Position numbers and translations under genes: made by a program
In this document: piece after piece, positions 25,455-36,104 of the stretch
Numbering within the stretch: position 1 is the stretch's first letter
Layout of the letters: each line of letters starts with the position of its first letter
The notes under the pieces: model-generated
What the model was told of the DNA's origin: nothing
Databases searched by the model: none
The model's input: the letters and a program-made list of their open reading frames with translations, nothing else
From: Hemiscyllium ocellatum
Taxonomy: Eukaryota
Length of the DNA stretch: 64,000 nt
Assembly: GCF_020745735.1 (NCBI RefSeq)
Contig: NC_083418.1
Span: 62,203,776-62,267,775, forward strand
Direction of reading: 5' to 3'

Positions 25455-25903
25455 GATTCGAGAGTGTGGTGCTGGAAAGATACAGCAGGTCAGGCAGCAT
25501 CTGAGGAGCAGGGGAGTCAAAGTTTCAGGGCATTGGCCCTTCATCAGGAATGAGGCTTGTGGACTGAGATAAATGGGAAGGATGTGGGACTGGGGGGAAG
25601 GTAGCTGGGAAAGCAATAAGTAGATGAAGGTGGTGGAAAATGTGACACTTGGAGAGGAGGGTGGAGCAGATCTTTGGGAAAGACAATGGACAGGTCAAGA
25701 GGACGGAGCTGAATTGGAGGCTTGGGACTGGGATAAGGTTGGGGGAGGGGAAATGAGGAAACTGATGAAATCAACATTAATCCCGTGTGGTTGAAGGGTC
25801 CCAAGGCAGAAGATGAGGCGTTCTTCCTCCAGGCATCGGGTGGTTAGGATTTGGTGGTGGAGGAGGCCCAGGACCTGCATGTCCTTGGTGGAGTGGGAGG
25901 GGG
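25455..25903 (-). mobile_element. PLE 3' fragment with a decayed hammerhead
   Basis: ORF 25695-25880 (-) reads EERLIFCLGTLQPHGINVDF. The terminal repeat reads CTGATGAAGGGCCAATGCCCTGAAACTTTGA. Confidence 0.75.
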
Positions 25904-26149
25904 CATAAACAACAAAAGATAGACAGAGCTAAGTGATCTCAAAACCAACGGATCTGATCTAAGCTCTGCAGTCCTTCCACATCTAGCCGTGAATGGTGAT
26001 GGACAATTTAACAACTCACTGGAGGTAGATGCTCCACAAATATCCCCATCTTTAATGGTTGAGATGTCCAGCACCTCAGTGCAAAAGATAAGGCTGATGC
26101 ATTTGCAACATTTTTTAGTCAGACTTGCTAAGTGGGTGATCCATCTTGG

Positions 26150-28120
26150 GCTCCTTCAGTGGTTCCCAGCACCACAGATACCAGTCTCCAGCCAATTCAA
26201 TTCACTCCACATGATATCAAGAAATAGCTGGATACTGCAAAGGCAATGGGCCCAGAAAGCAGTCCGGCAATAGTACTGAAGTTGTGTGCTCCAGAACTTG
26301 CCGCTCCCCTAGCTAAGCTCTTCCATTACAGTTACATCACTGGCATCTGCCCGACAATGTGGAAAATTGTCTCGGTATAATCCTGTAACTAAAAACAGGA
26401 CAAATCCAACCCGGCAAATTACCAACCAATCTCTACAATTCATCATCAGTAAAGTGACAGAAGGGGTCATCAACAGTGTTATCAAGCAGCACCTGTTCAG
26501 CAACAACTTGCACAGTAACACCCAGTTTGGGTTTCACCAGGGTCACTCAGCTCCTGACCTCAGTACAGCCTTGGTTCAAACATGGGCAAAAGAGCTGAAT
26601 TCCAGAGGTGAGGTGAGAGTGATAGCCCTTAACATCAAGGCTGCATTTGATCAAGTATGGCATCGAAGAGCTCTGGCAAAACTGGAATTAATGGGTATCA
26701 GGAGCAAGCACTTCGCTGGTTGGAGTCATACCTGGCACAAAGGAAGATGGTTGTGGTTATGGAGGGTCAGTCATCTCAGCTCCAGGACATCTAATAGAGG
26801 AGATCTAATAGAAACTTACAAGATAATTCATGGCTTAGAAAGGGTGGATGCTGGGGAGTTGTTAGGCAGGGAGACTAGGACCTGTGGGCACAGCCTTAGA
26901 ATTAGAGGGGGTCATTTTAGAATGGAAATAAGACATTTCTTCAGCCAGAGAGTATGGGCCTGTGGAATTTATTGCCACCAAGCGCAGTGGAGGCCAGGAC
27001 ATTAAATGTCTTCAAGGCAGAGATTGATAAATTCTTGATCTCACAACAAATTAAGGGCTACAGGGGAGAGTGCAGGTAAGTGGAGTTGAAATACCCATCA
27101 GCCATGATTAAATGGCGGAGTGGATCTATGGGCCGAATGGCCTTACTTCCATTCCTATGTCTTACGGTTTTATCTTTGCAGGAATCCCTCAGGGTAGTGT
27201 CCGAGGCCCAACAATCTTCAGCTGCTTCATCAACGACCTTCCATCTGTCATAAGGTCAGAAGTGATGATGTTTGCCGATGGTTGCACAGTGTTCAGCACC
27301 ATTTGCGATTCCTCAGATACTGAAGCAGTCTGTGCTCAAATGCAACAAGATCTGAACAATATCCAGGCTTGGGCCAACAAATGGCATGTAACATTCACGC
27401 CACACAAATGCCAGGCAATGACCATCACCAATAAAAGACACTGTAAACATTGCCCCTTGACATTCAATGGTATTACAATCACTGAGTCCCACACTGTCAA
27501 CATCCTTGGGGTTACCATTGACAAGAAACTCAAATGGACTCTCCACATGAACAGAGTGGCTACAAGAGCAGGTCAGAGGCTAGGAATACTGTGGTGAGTA
27601 ACTCATCTCCTGACACCCCAAAGTCTATCCACCATCTAGAAGGCACAAGTCAGAAGTGTGATGGAATACTCCCCACTTGCTTGGATGGGTACAGCTCCAA
27701 CAACACTCAAGAAACTTGACACCATCCAGGACAAAGCAACCCATGTAACTGGCACCACATCTACAAACATCCACTCCCTCCACCACTGGCACTCAGTAGC
27801 AGCAGTGTGTACTATATACAAAATGCACTGCAGAAATTCACCAAAGATGAATTTAGACAACACCTTCCAAACTCATGACCACTTCCATCTAGAAGGACAA
27901 GGGCAGCAGATACTTGGGAACACAACCACCTGCAAATTCCTCTCCAAGCCACTCACCACCATGACTTGGAAATATACTGCTGTTACTTCACAGTTGCTGG
28001 GTCAAAATCCTGGAAGTCCCTCCCTACCAGCATTGTGGGTCAACCCACAGCAAGTGGACTTCAGCAATTCAAGAAGGTAGCTCACCACCACCTTCTCAAG
28101 GGCAAATAAGGATGGGCTAA
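26150..28120 (+). mobile_element. CR1/L2-group LINE RT region (second family), interrupted at 26791-27170
   Basis: ORF 26367-27005 has QFGFHQGHSAPDL...VIALNIKAAFDQVWH. ORF 27112-27597 resumes with GIPQGSVRGPTIFSCFINDLPS...MFADGCT after the insert. Confidence 0.8.
26791..27170 (+). mobile_element. CR1-type 3' fragment nested in the preceding LINE
   Basis: Encodes RGDLIETYKIIHGLERVD...RTCGHSLRIRG and ends in the 3' UTR ATGGGCCGAATGGCCTTACTTCC...CTATGTCTTACGGTTTT. Confidence 0.75.
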
Positions 28121-28149
28121 AACTGCTGGTCAAATCCCACATATGAATT

Positions 28150-28720
28150 TAAAAAAGGCTTACTGCAATGAGAAGTGAGGATCACATTGAGCACTTTCAG
28201 TCGGGGGCCGATATTCTCCAGCTGCTGATATAGTCCATCTCTCCTCAAGTGAGCCAATGTCTTGGTGAGATCGATGAATGTAGCATGTGTGGTCTCCTTT
28301 CTTTACGACATTTCTGTTGCAGTTCCAGGCTGAGTAGATCCTGCCAAATATAAAGCTTCCGCTTCTGAAGTCACGCTTCAATTCAGAACAAATGTGTTCA
28401 GTCAGCATCTAAAATCTGACCCAGACAACACAGACAAATAGCTTTCCCGTGATAGCTTGCAATTACTGCAATCGCCCTTGTTCTTGTGCAGGGTCACAAT
28501 CTCAGCATTGTACAAAGGCTAAGCAACTGTGCCCTCCCTCCAGTGGAGGCAGAGACATTCAGGCAGATGCAGCAGGAATGCAAGTTTCCCATTGTTGATG
28601 AGTGCAGGTAGAATAACTTCAGCTGCTAGCTCTGGGTATTCAATGTCCAGGTCTGCCATGGCAGGCAGGCTTTTTATGAAGTTTACAGCTTCCTTGGTGA
28701 TAGAATTCTCTTGGAAAATA
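28150..28720 (-). mobile_element. RTE-clade LINE relic
   Basis: The minus strand resembles the RTE RT region around GFR...FIDLTKAFD (TTCATCGATCTCACCAAGACATT) with frameshifts. A second fragment of the same region lies at 29460-29625. Confidence 0.6.
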
Positions 28721-29459
28721 ACTCAAGGTCGTTTTCTGCACATTTCTCCAACTAGTATTGCAGTTGGTGATGACTTCCTCTGATTTGTCTTCTTATGGAG
28801 CTGCTTCTTTTGCTGAGGGAACTGTTGTCTCTTTGAAACTTTCATACATGCCTTTGGCTTTCCCTGTGCCCAAGGACACTGGGAAATTCTGACTGAGTTG
28901 GAAGCAGATACCCACGGCCTCTCAGTCTGTTGTTACCAAACCACAGAAGGAAGAATCAAAACCGTGATCTAAACTTTGGCCGAAGAGTTTCAGGAGAGAA
29001 GTTCAGGGCTCAGGTTATGGAAAAGTAAGCAGAGCTGGCGGGTTGGTGTAATTACAACCAGAAATTAAAGTAAAAAATGGCAGAGAAATTCAGCAGGTCA
29101 GACCGCACCTGGGGTGCAGAAACAAGTTGATGTTTCAGGCATGTTAGGAGGTCAGAACTTGAGGTGCACAGAGATTTTTGGGGATAGAGCAGAGGCTGGG
29201 AAAGGTGACAGAAATTGAGAGGGCAAAAGCAATACAAATACTTGAAGATGACGGCGATAAAATTAAAATTGAGGTAAGGCTGGATTGGGAGTCAACATAG
29301 ATTGGGGACCATGGGGTGAATGGTGAATGGAATTAGGTGGCTGTTCACATGTGAGGAGCAGAGTTTCTTGGAATGCCTGAGTGGCTTTTGATGGAAGGGA
29401 ATGTGAATCCTATCAGCAACTGTGACTGGCAATGCTAACCAGGGAATCATAAATCTCCC

Positions 29460-29625
29460 AGTTCTGAAATCCCGCTTCAATTTCGGACAGATGCATTCAG
29501 TCAGAATCTGCAATCTGACAAAGGCAGCACAGACAAATACTTTTCCCGTGATGGTTGTAATAAGTTATTGCAATTATTGCAGTTGCCCTTGTTCTTGTGT
29601 GAGGTTACAATCACACAGTTGTACA
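29460..29625 (-). mobile_element. Second RTE-clade LINE fragment
   Basis: Diverged direct-repeat match to 28365-28515 (CACAGACAAATA..TTTCCCGTGAT...GCCCTTGTTCTTGTG). Confidence 0.55.
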
Positions 29626-29631
29626 TCGGCT

Positions 29632-30063
29632 GAGAAGAGAGGACTAGAGGGTTTGAGTCATAAGGAGAGACTGGCTACGCCATGACTTTTTCCCCCATGA
29701 AGCATCACAGGCTAAGGAGTGACTTTAAAGGGGTGTTGATAAGGTGAATGGCCAAGATCTTTTTCCAAGTCTACAGGAATCCAAAACTATAGGTTATAGA
29801 TTTAAGATGAGAGGAGAAAGATTTAAAAGCCACTGTAGGGTAAGTTATCGCATAGACGGTGGTGCATGTGCGGAATGAGCTGCCAGAGGAAGTGATGAGC
29901 CGAGTATAACATATAAAAGACATTTGGACAAGTACATAAATAGGAAAGGTTTAGAGGGATCTGGGTCAAACACAGGCAAATGGTACTAGTTCAGTTTAGG
30001 ATACCTGGTCGGCATGGATGAGTTGGAAAAAAGGTCTGTTTCTATGCTGTATGATTCTATGAC
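29632..30063 (+). mobile_element. CR1-type LINE 3' end
   Basis: GAATGAGCTGCCAGAGGAAGTG...GGTCTGTTTCTATGCTGTATGATTCTATGAC matches the tail of the other CR1 copies. Confidence 0.75.
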
Positions 30064-30899
30064 ATTAATCTGGTGCAAAGAACAGTAAACTGGAACAACT
30101 ATTGTAGATGGAAATGATGAAAGAAACCACCATTTAAGTCAGAATAATATCTTCAGGTACTATCAAGGACTAAGCAGAGTAGTTTGGGTATTTTGGGATG
30201 GTTATTTGTGCTTAGTTTGGCAAATCATGGTTTCTTTGCATTTTCTTACAAGTTCCTATTACTTGATGATTCTTCATCAAATACTAATTGTTGTATTGAA
30301 TTAAAGAAAATCATCCAGACTCTGATTATTATTTTTATTTCTGTAAAGAGTTAGCACCACAGAAGTAAACTTAATAATAATTGTTAAGCATAGCACCAGA
30401 AGTAAGTTTGCAAACAAAAATTATAACTGCATCAAATGTTACATCCAGAACAGTAACGCCAAAAAGAAAATTAGATATAAAATTACAAAGTAGTACAGGA
30501 TTATGCAACAAATCTCATGTTCTGGCACATCACCATTTGAGTATTAGCTCTTGTTTAGACCATTTATTGCATTTTAAATGTGTCCTACCAGCTCTTATTG
30601 TGTGCTGAGAGTCTAAATTTATAACCCAGGAGAAATAAACACACTCAAGGGTGAACTTTGCAGCCACTTGCTAGTGTTGAAGGCCTGCATCTTTGTCAGT
30701 TAGCGTTGCTATCAGGCAGGAAGGAGGCACCTTCTTTGGGATAGTACTCAGTAGCCTTTCCAGCCTTTCTGATTCAACTCTCCTCCCCACCACACTGGGG
30801 TCTCCAAGTCATGCCTACCAAATTTCCCAGGATGTATTAGAGGGGTAAGGGAATGGAATCTGCACCCCCCCCACATATAATCCATTCCAGAATATATGC

Positions 30900-31221
30900 A
30901 GTACAGTGACACAGTGGTTAGCACTGCTATCTCTTGCTTTCAGGGACCCAGGTTTGATTCCAGCCTCGGGTGACTGTCTGTGTGCATGTTTTCCCCATTT
31001 CTGCTGGGTGCTCTGGTTTCCTCCCACAGGTCAAAGATATGCAGGTCAGTGGATTGGCCATGATAAATTGCCCTGTGGTGTCCAGGGACGTGCAAGCCAG
31101 ATGGATTAGCTCTGGGAAATGTGGGGTTGTTGGGATAGAGCTTGGGTGGGATGCTATTTGGAGGGTTGCTGCAGACACGATGGGCTAAGTGACTTCTTTC
31201 TGTTAGGATTCTATGATTCTA
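30900..31221 (+). mobile_element. HE1-related SINE, diverged
   Basis: ACACAGTGGTTAGCACTGC head, GGTTTGATTCC B-box variant, SINE body and ATTCTATGATTCT tail. Confidence 0.75.
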
Positions 31222-31592
31222 ATACAGGGAAAACCTAACAGTTAAGGCAACATCTTTGGGATGGGTACATAACGACATGCAATGTGGACCAATGACTTAT
31301 TGTCAGAACATTTTGTTTATATCTTCCTGAACTTTTGTTCTGAATGAGACATCTTTGACCCCTCTCTCCAGATGCTGCCCGTCCTGTTTAGCATTTCCAG
31401 CTTACTTCTTATCTTAGGTTGCAGCATCTGCAGTATTTTGCTATCGCAGAGCATAATGATATTGTTAGATCATGTGACAAGTCTACTGGACATTTTGTTA
31501 AATAAGAAAATGTACATTGTTTCAGTTAACAAGAAAGAATCCTCACCATGTAGACTAGATAATGCTAACAGAAATTGACTTTTGGCTCACTA

Positions 31593-31598
31593 TTTATT
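31593..31598 (-). terminator. Candidate RAG2 polyadenylation signal
   Basis: TTTATT on the plus strand is AATAAA on the minus strand, about 176 nt after the RAG2 stop. Other candidates lie further left. Confidence 0.3.
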
Positions 31599-31773
31599 GT
31601 GTATTGCATATATAGTCCATACATTTATCTTGGATATCTTGAGATAGTAACAAGTTTAGAATAAGCGAGACATCAGAGTGCACGAATATTGCTATGACCC
31701 CAAATGTTAAATTGCAAATGATTTCATTGTCAATCAATCCCAAATTGTGTAGCACCGTAAGAACTCTACAGTT

Positions 31774-33333
31774 TCAATCAAATAGTCTCTTCAGAAAGCT
31801 TTTCTTCATTGGTGTCCTTTTCAGAGTGGCTGGCGATTTCTTACGTGGAGATTTAATTGGTGTGCGCTTTATCTGTTTCTTCTTTTGAGGTGTTTGAATT
31901 CCTCTATCAATGTAATGCTCATTGCAAAAATACTTTGTGTTTTCTTGGGAAAACTGAATCAGCTGCGATTCTGCAAGATTCATGCACTGGGCATGAACCC
32001 AGTGTCCATCATCACCTCCGCTAGAGCAAAAAATCATTGCAGGTTTATTTAATTCTGTGGAATAATAAGGCTCCCAGATATTGACGTTCATATTACACGT
32101 AGAGCTGCATTTAATCCAATAACCTTCCTCATCAGCATTATCTCGGTTCTCTGCATCATCAGAGCCATCGGCCTCCACTTCAAAGTTAAATTCTTCTGAA
32201 TCTTCAAAGGTGCTACATTCTTCTGGATCAGTGAAGGATTCCTGGCTGCAAGAAACGTGACTTTCTTCATCTAATTGCTCAAATTTCACAATATAGAAGA
32301 AGTATGCCTCGGCTGCATCTTGTTTACTTTCTCCAGGGATGCCGAGTAACACTATATTACTTTTCATGCTACTACCAAACCAGGTTTTGCTTGCTTTAAT
32401 ATCGCCGGTCCACGCTGGGGGCTCCTTTTCCAAAATCTGAACGTTGTCATTCTCCACTGTGATGGTGTTACAAATCATTCGCTTCTTGCTCTCCGACTCA
32501 TAGCCACCAACAATGATGAATTCATCTTTTCCTGCTTGGGTCACTATTGCACTCGACACAGAGATGCCACCTTGCAGTATTGTGCACTGGACACTTGGAG
32601 AAGTCCCAAATAAATCAACCTTCAGACAAAGTAACCTTTCAGGGCGAAGGTTCGTTTCAATGGAATGGCCACCTAGTATGTACACTCTGTCAATTTTTGC
32701 AATGGAGGTATGAAATGAAAACCCATCTTCTATTTCGGGAAGTATGTGGGATGTGCAATGGCCGGTGTTTATATCAATCAGAAAAACCTCTGGTAAACAA
32801 TCAACAACACTGTTCCAGTTTTCTGTGGTTCGTTGCCCTGGGGGCCGGAAGCATCTACCCCCAAACAAGACTAACAACATTTGACCCTTGTTTTGAACCA
32901 CATTGAGGCTGTGGCCATATCTTCCTCGGGGAACCTCTCCTTCAAGATGTTTTTCAATGCAACGAAGTGATGTTGTCTTGTTGCCAGTGCTACTGTGAAC
33001 CATCATTAAATAAAGTGAATTAGTCAAGTCATTATTTGGATCTCTCCCACCGTGAATGAAATATAAAGGGCTCTTGGATTCTGAGGGATCCGAGTAATGG
33101 GTTATTGCAGGACAGCGCAGTGGGGGAAGGTAGCATGAGTCAGGTGAAAATGAAACAGCTTTCAGTTTGAGATTATGACCTTTGAGATGAAGAAGAAAAA
33201 CTCCAGTGCTGCAGGATCTTTTTGGCCACCCTTTCTGACCAAAAAAGAAGACTTCACCATTTAAATTGAATAAAGAAAAGCCTGGGTAGATAAGTCCAGT
33301 TTTGCTACACTCTGAAACCATTTGCAGAGACAT
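31774..33333 (-). CDS. RAG2: V(D)J recombination-activating protein 2, 519 aa, single coding exon
   Basis: Starts MSLQMV at ATG 33333; the track's 33339 start is a GTG. Contains the Kelch-repeat core (FFFGQKGWPKRSCSTG, IHGGR, PRGRYGHS), an acidic hinge (about 32125-32282), a PHD finger (GYWIKC..C...AMIFC...GHWVHAQC...YFCNEH) and the C-terminus KKSFLKRLFD. Confidence 0.99.
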   Translation of the reverse strand: MSLQMVSECSKTGLIYPGFSLFNLNGEVFFFGQKGWPKRSCSTGVFLLHLKGHNLKLKAVSFSPDSCYLPPLRCPAITHYSDPSESKSPLYFIHGGRDPNNDLTNSLYLMMVHSSTGNKTTSLRCIEKHLEGEVPRGRYGHSLNVVQNKGQMLLVLFGGRCFRPPGQRTTENWNSVVDCLPEVFLIDINTGHCTSHILPEIEDGFSFHTSIAKIDRVYILGGHSIETNLRPERLLCLKVDLFGTSPSVQCTILQGGISVSSAIVTQAGKDEFIIVGGYESESKKRMICNTITVENDNVQILEKEPPAWTGDIKASKTWFGSSMKSNIVLLGIPGESKQDAAEAYFFYIVKFEQLDEESHVSCSQESFTDPEECSTFEDSEEFNFEVEADGSDDAENRDNADEEGYWIKCSSTCNMNVNIWEPYYSTELNKPAMIFCSSGGDDGHWVHAQCMNLAESQLIQFSQENTKYFCNEHYIDRGIQTPQKKKQIKRTPIKSPRKKSPATLKRTPMKKSFLKRLFD

Positions 33334-33358
33334 TGCCACAGTGAAAAGCTGACAGTAT

Positions 33359-33380
33359 CTATGGAAAGAAAAGAAATATA
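33359..33380 (-). other. Splice acceptor of the RAG2 coding exon
   Basis: The minus strand reads TATATTTCTTTTCTTTCCATAG|ATACTGTC. The exon begins at 33358, 25 nt before the ATG. Confidence 0.75.
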
Positions 33381-33828
33381 AACTGATGTTAGAATTAAAA
33401 ATTTATTACAAAATTGATTGTTATGGATTCTGATGATGCAGAACTAACCACTCTGCAGCTTTTAATAAGTGCAAAAATGCTGGTTTTCGCTGTAATTTGT
33501 GTGATAAATCAGCAATTAAGAAAGACCATCACTTTATATTTCAAAATTCAATTACCTTAGGTTATGAAATACTTTTACTTTATTAAGTAAGAAAAACATT
33601 GTACTGCATTGATTTTTATTCATCATGCACAAAGTGTAATTGCTTCCAACCTTATTACTGAAATTCGGTTTCAATAAAATCTTCATTCAGCAAACTTAGT
33701 TTCTTTCCAATTCCAGGTCAGGATATGAAACCTTCAAATACTCAAATCTTTTTATTATTGTTCTATCTTTGGAACATATGTCTGGAGGGACTGAGGTGGA
33801 ACAGTGTATGATTAAGACTTACAATATA

Positions 33829-34140
33829 TTAGAGTTACAGTTTGGAAATAGGCCTTTCAGCCCAATATGTCCACACTGACCCTCCGAAGAGTAACCCACC
33901 CAGACCCATTCCCCTGCCCTACATTTATCACTGAATAATGCACCTAACACTATGGGCAATTTAGCACGGCCAATTTACCTAACCTGCACACCTTTTGGAT
34001 TGTGGGAGGAAACCAGAGCGCCCAGAGGAAACCCATGCAGACAAGGGGAGAATGTGTAAACTCCACACAGTCACCTGAGGCTGGAATCGAACCTGGATCC
34101 CGAGTGCTGTGAGGCAACAGTGCTAACCACTGAGCCACCC
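33829..34140 (-). mobile_element. HE1-type SINE
   Basis: The minus strand reads GGGTGGCTCAGTGGTTAGCACTG...GGTTCGATTCC. The body matches 43-363. Confidence 0.85.
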
Positions 34141-35671
34141 CAAATGGAAACTTGGGTTCTAAAGTAGACAAAAATGGGGTTTCATTTTTAGCCCTTTGAA
34201 GGTAGCTTTTTTTTTCGTAAGGGTTAGAAACCCATAGTTTTTTGCAGTGGATCAAATAGCTTTGCTAATAAATCATAAGACTTAAGCTGAATGATTAGAT
34301 AAGTTTCCGGGTGAGATATTTTCTGAAGCGTTTGGTGAATTCAGGTTTTAGAATCTACAGAAAGAGGGGCCAGAAGCAGTTTGTTTGCAAGAAATGCAGT
34401 CTCAGAGTAGTCAAAGTCAGACTAAAGTTAGTGTGTTAACCATATCGTGTATCTTGAGGGGAGATGAAGAGAATCATATTTGGTGAATGTGCAGAAAAAG
34501 AAATGCACGTGCCTTTGGCAGTTGAAAGAGAAATCATAGAGTGAAGTTAGAACTGATGTTGAGTATCTGTAAGGAATATTACTGGGAGAAAATGAATGAA
34601 TATTAATGATACTTCACTGGTGTTGAATATCTGTAAGGAATATTATTGGGAGAAAATAAATGAATATTTGTTATTGTTGTTTGTGATAAGGTCTCTAAAA
34701 TTGTCTTTTCTTTATCTTTGACCAACAATCAAATATTGTTATGTTAAAATTACATTGGCAATCTTGTGTGATTATGTTCAGTGAATGATTGCCACAGGAA
34801 TCAAATTGCAAAGGTAAAACTTATGGTCTATCAAGCTAAGTTTCACTTCCTGTCTGACCTGTCTAATACAACCATCAGCTAGGATCATAACAGGCACTAG
34901 AATTGAAAAGGTTACATAAATTGTGTTTGGGCCATGTTATTCGGAATCCTGAATGCATTTATGGGATATCAGTTAGAGACTAGGACCTAGAAATTGGCCT
35001 ATGGAGACAGGACAGAGGAAAATGGCTACAGGAAAGAATCACCATGGTAGATAAGGTCGGAATGCTGGAGATCCTTTGCCACATTTGCCCACATGGTATT
35101 GAATCCTGGGGAATTCCACTGCAACATGAAAACAGCCTTTCACTGCATCACTCTGCTTTTGTATCCATGCTGATATTGCCCTGTTTATACCCACTGGACT
35201 TCAATTTTGTGCATTGTTGTCCTTCATCAGACACCTTTTGGAAATTCATATACATATCGACAAATTTTTTTTTCATTCAGTCTGTCATCTCCACTTCATC
35301 AAGACCTCAATTCTGTTAGTCAATAAGGATTTCTCCTTCATGATTCTCTGCCAGCTCCCCTTTAATTGATCTTCACTTATCTAAGATGCTGTTATTTTTA
35401 CTTGTGGATTTTGTTTTTAAATGCTTCTCTGTTGCTGATATTAAACTGACTGCCAGGTTAATCCTTTCTCTCATTTTGGAAAGTGGGTTGTGATGCTTGG
35501 AGTCCTCCATCCTTTGGTGACAGCCATTTATCAAAAGAGGATCTGGTTTTCCTTAACTACTTTGTTTGTATCATTCTCAAAAATCTCATCAGGTCTTTCC
35601 CATTTAGTATTTATTCAATGCTATTTTTCAAATTGTTTTCATGACCTTGGCATGCAATGGATTCCAAATTC

Positions 35672-35932
35672 CAGGATTTTAGGAGGAAGGTACAAAGGAG
35701 ACGTCAGAGGTAGGTTCTTTACGCATAGAGTTGTTAATCCATGGAATCCTTTGACATTCTGTGGTGGTGGAAGCAGAGTCATTGGGAATATTTAAGTGAC
35801 AGCTGGACATGCACATGGATAGCAGTGAGTTGAGGGGTGCGGAGGTTAATTTATTACATTTTACATTAGGATTAAACCTTGGCACGACATCGTGGGCCAA
35901 AGAGCCTGTACTTTTCTATGTTCAATGTTCAA
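35672..35932 (+). mobile_element. CR1-type LINE 3' end (same subfamily as 12750-13011)
   Basis: GGAGGAAGGTACAAAGGAGACGTCAGAGGTAGGTTCTTTAC...ACATCGTGGGCCAAAGAGCCTGTAC. Confidence 0.75.
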
Positions 35933-36104
35933 TATTATCTCCTTACATAAACAACGATTCCTCATATTATCACCAAGTTTCGAATTATCATAAATCTACA
36001 CTTTCTGGCCCTTCTGAGACTTTTGCATCAGTAATGGCATGTATTTTGCAATGAGTATTTAGGTCTATGTGTAAGAGTTGTATGTTAGTATTAAATATGC
36101 ACAA

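Noticed and set aside
28365-29625. Diverged direct repeats suggesting an LTR element
   Set aside because: Both copies resemble the same internal RTE LINE RT segment, and there are no TG...CA ends, PBS or gag/pol.
33334-33339. ORF-track start of RAG2 at 33339 (521 aa)
   Set aside because: That codon is GTG. The first ATG at 33333 gives the conserved MSLQMV start.
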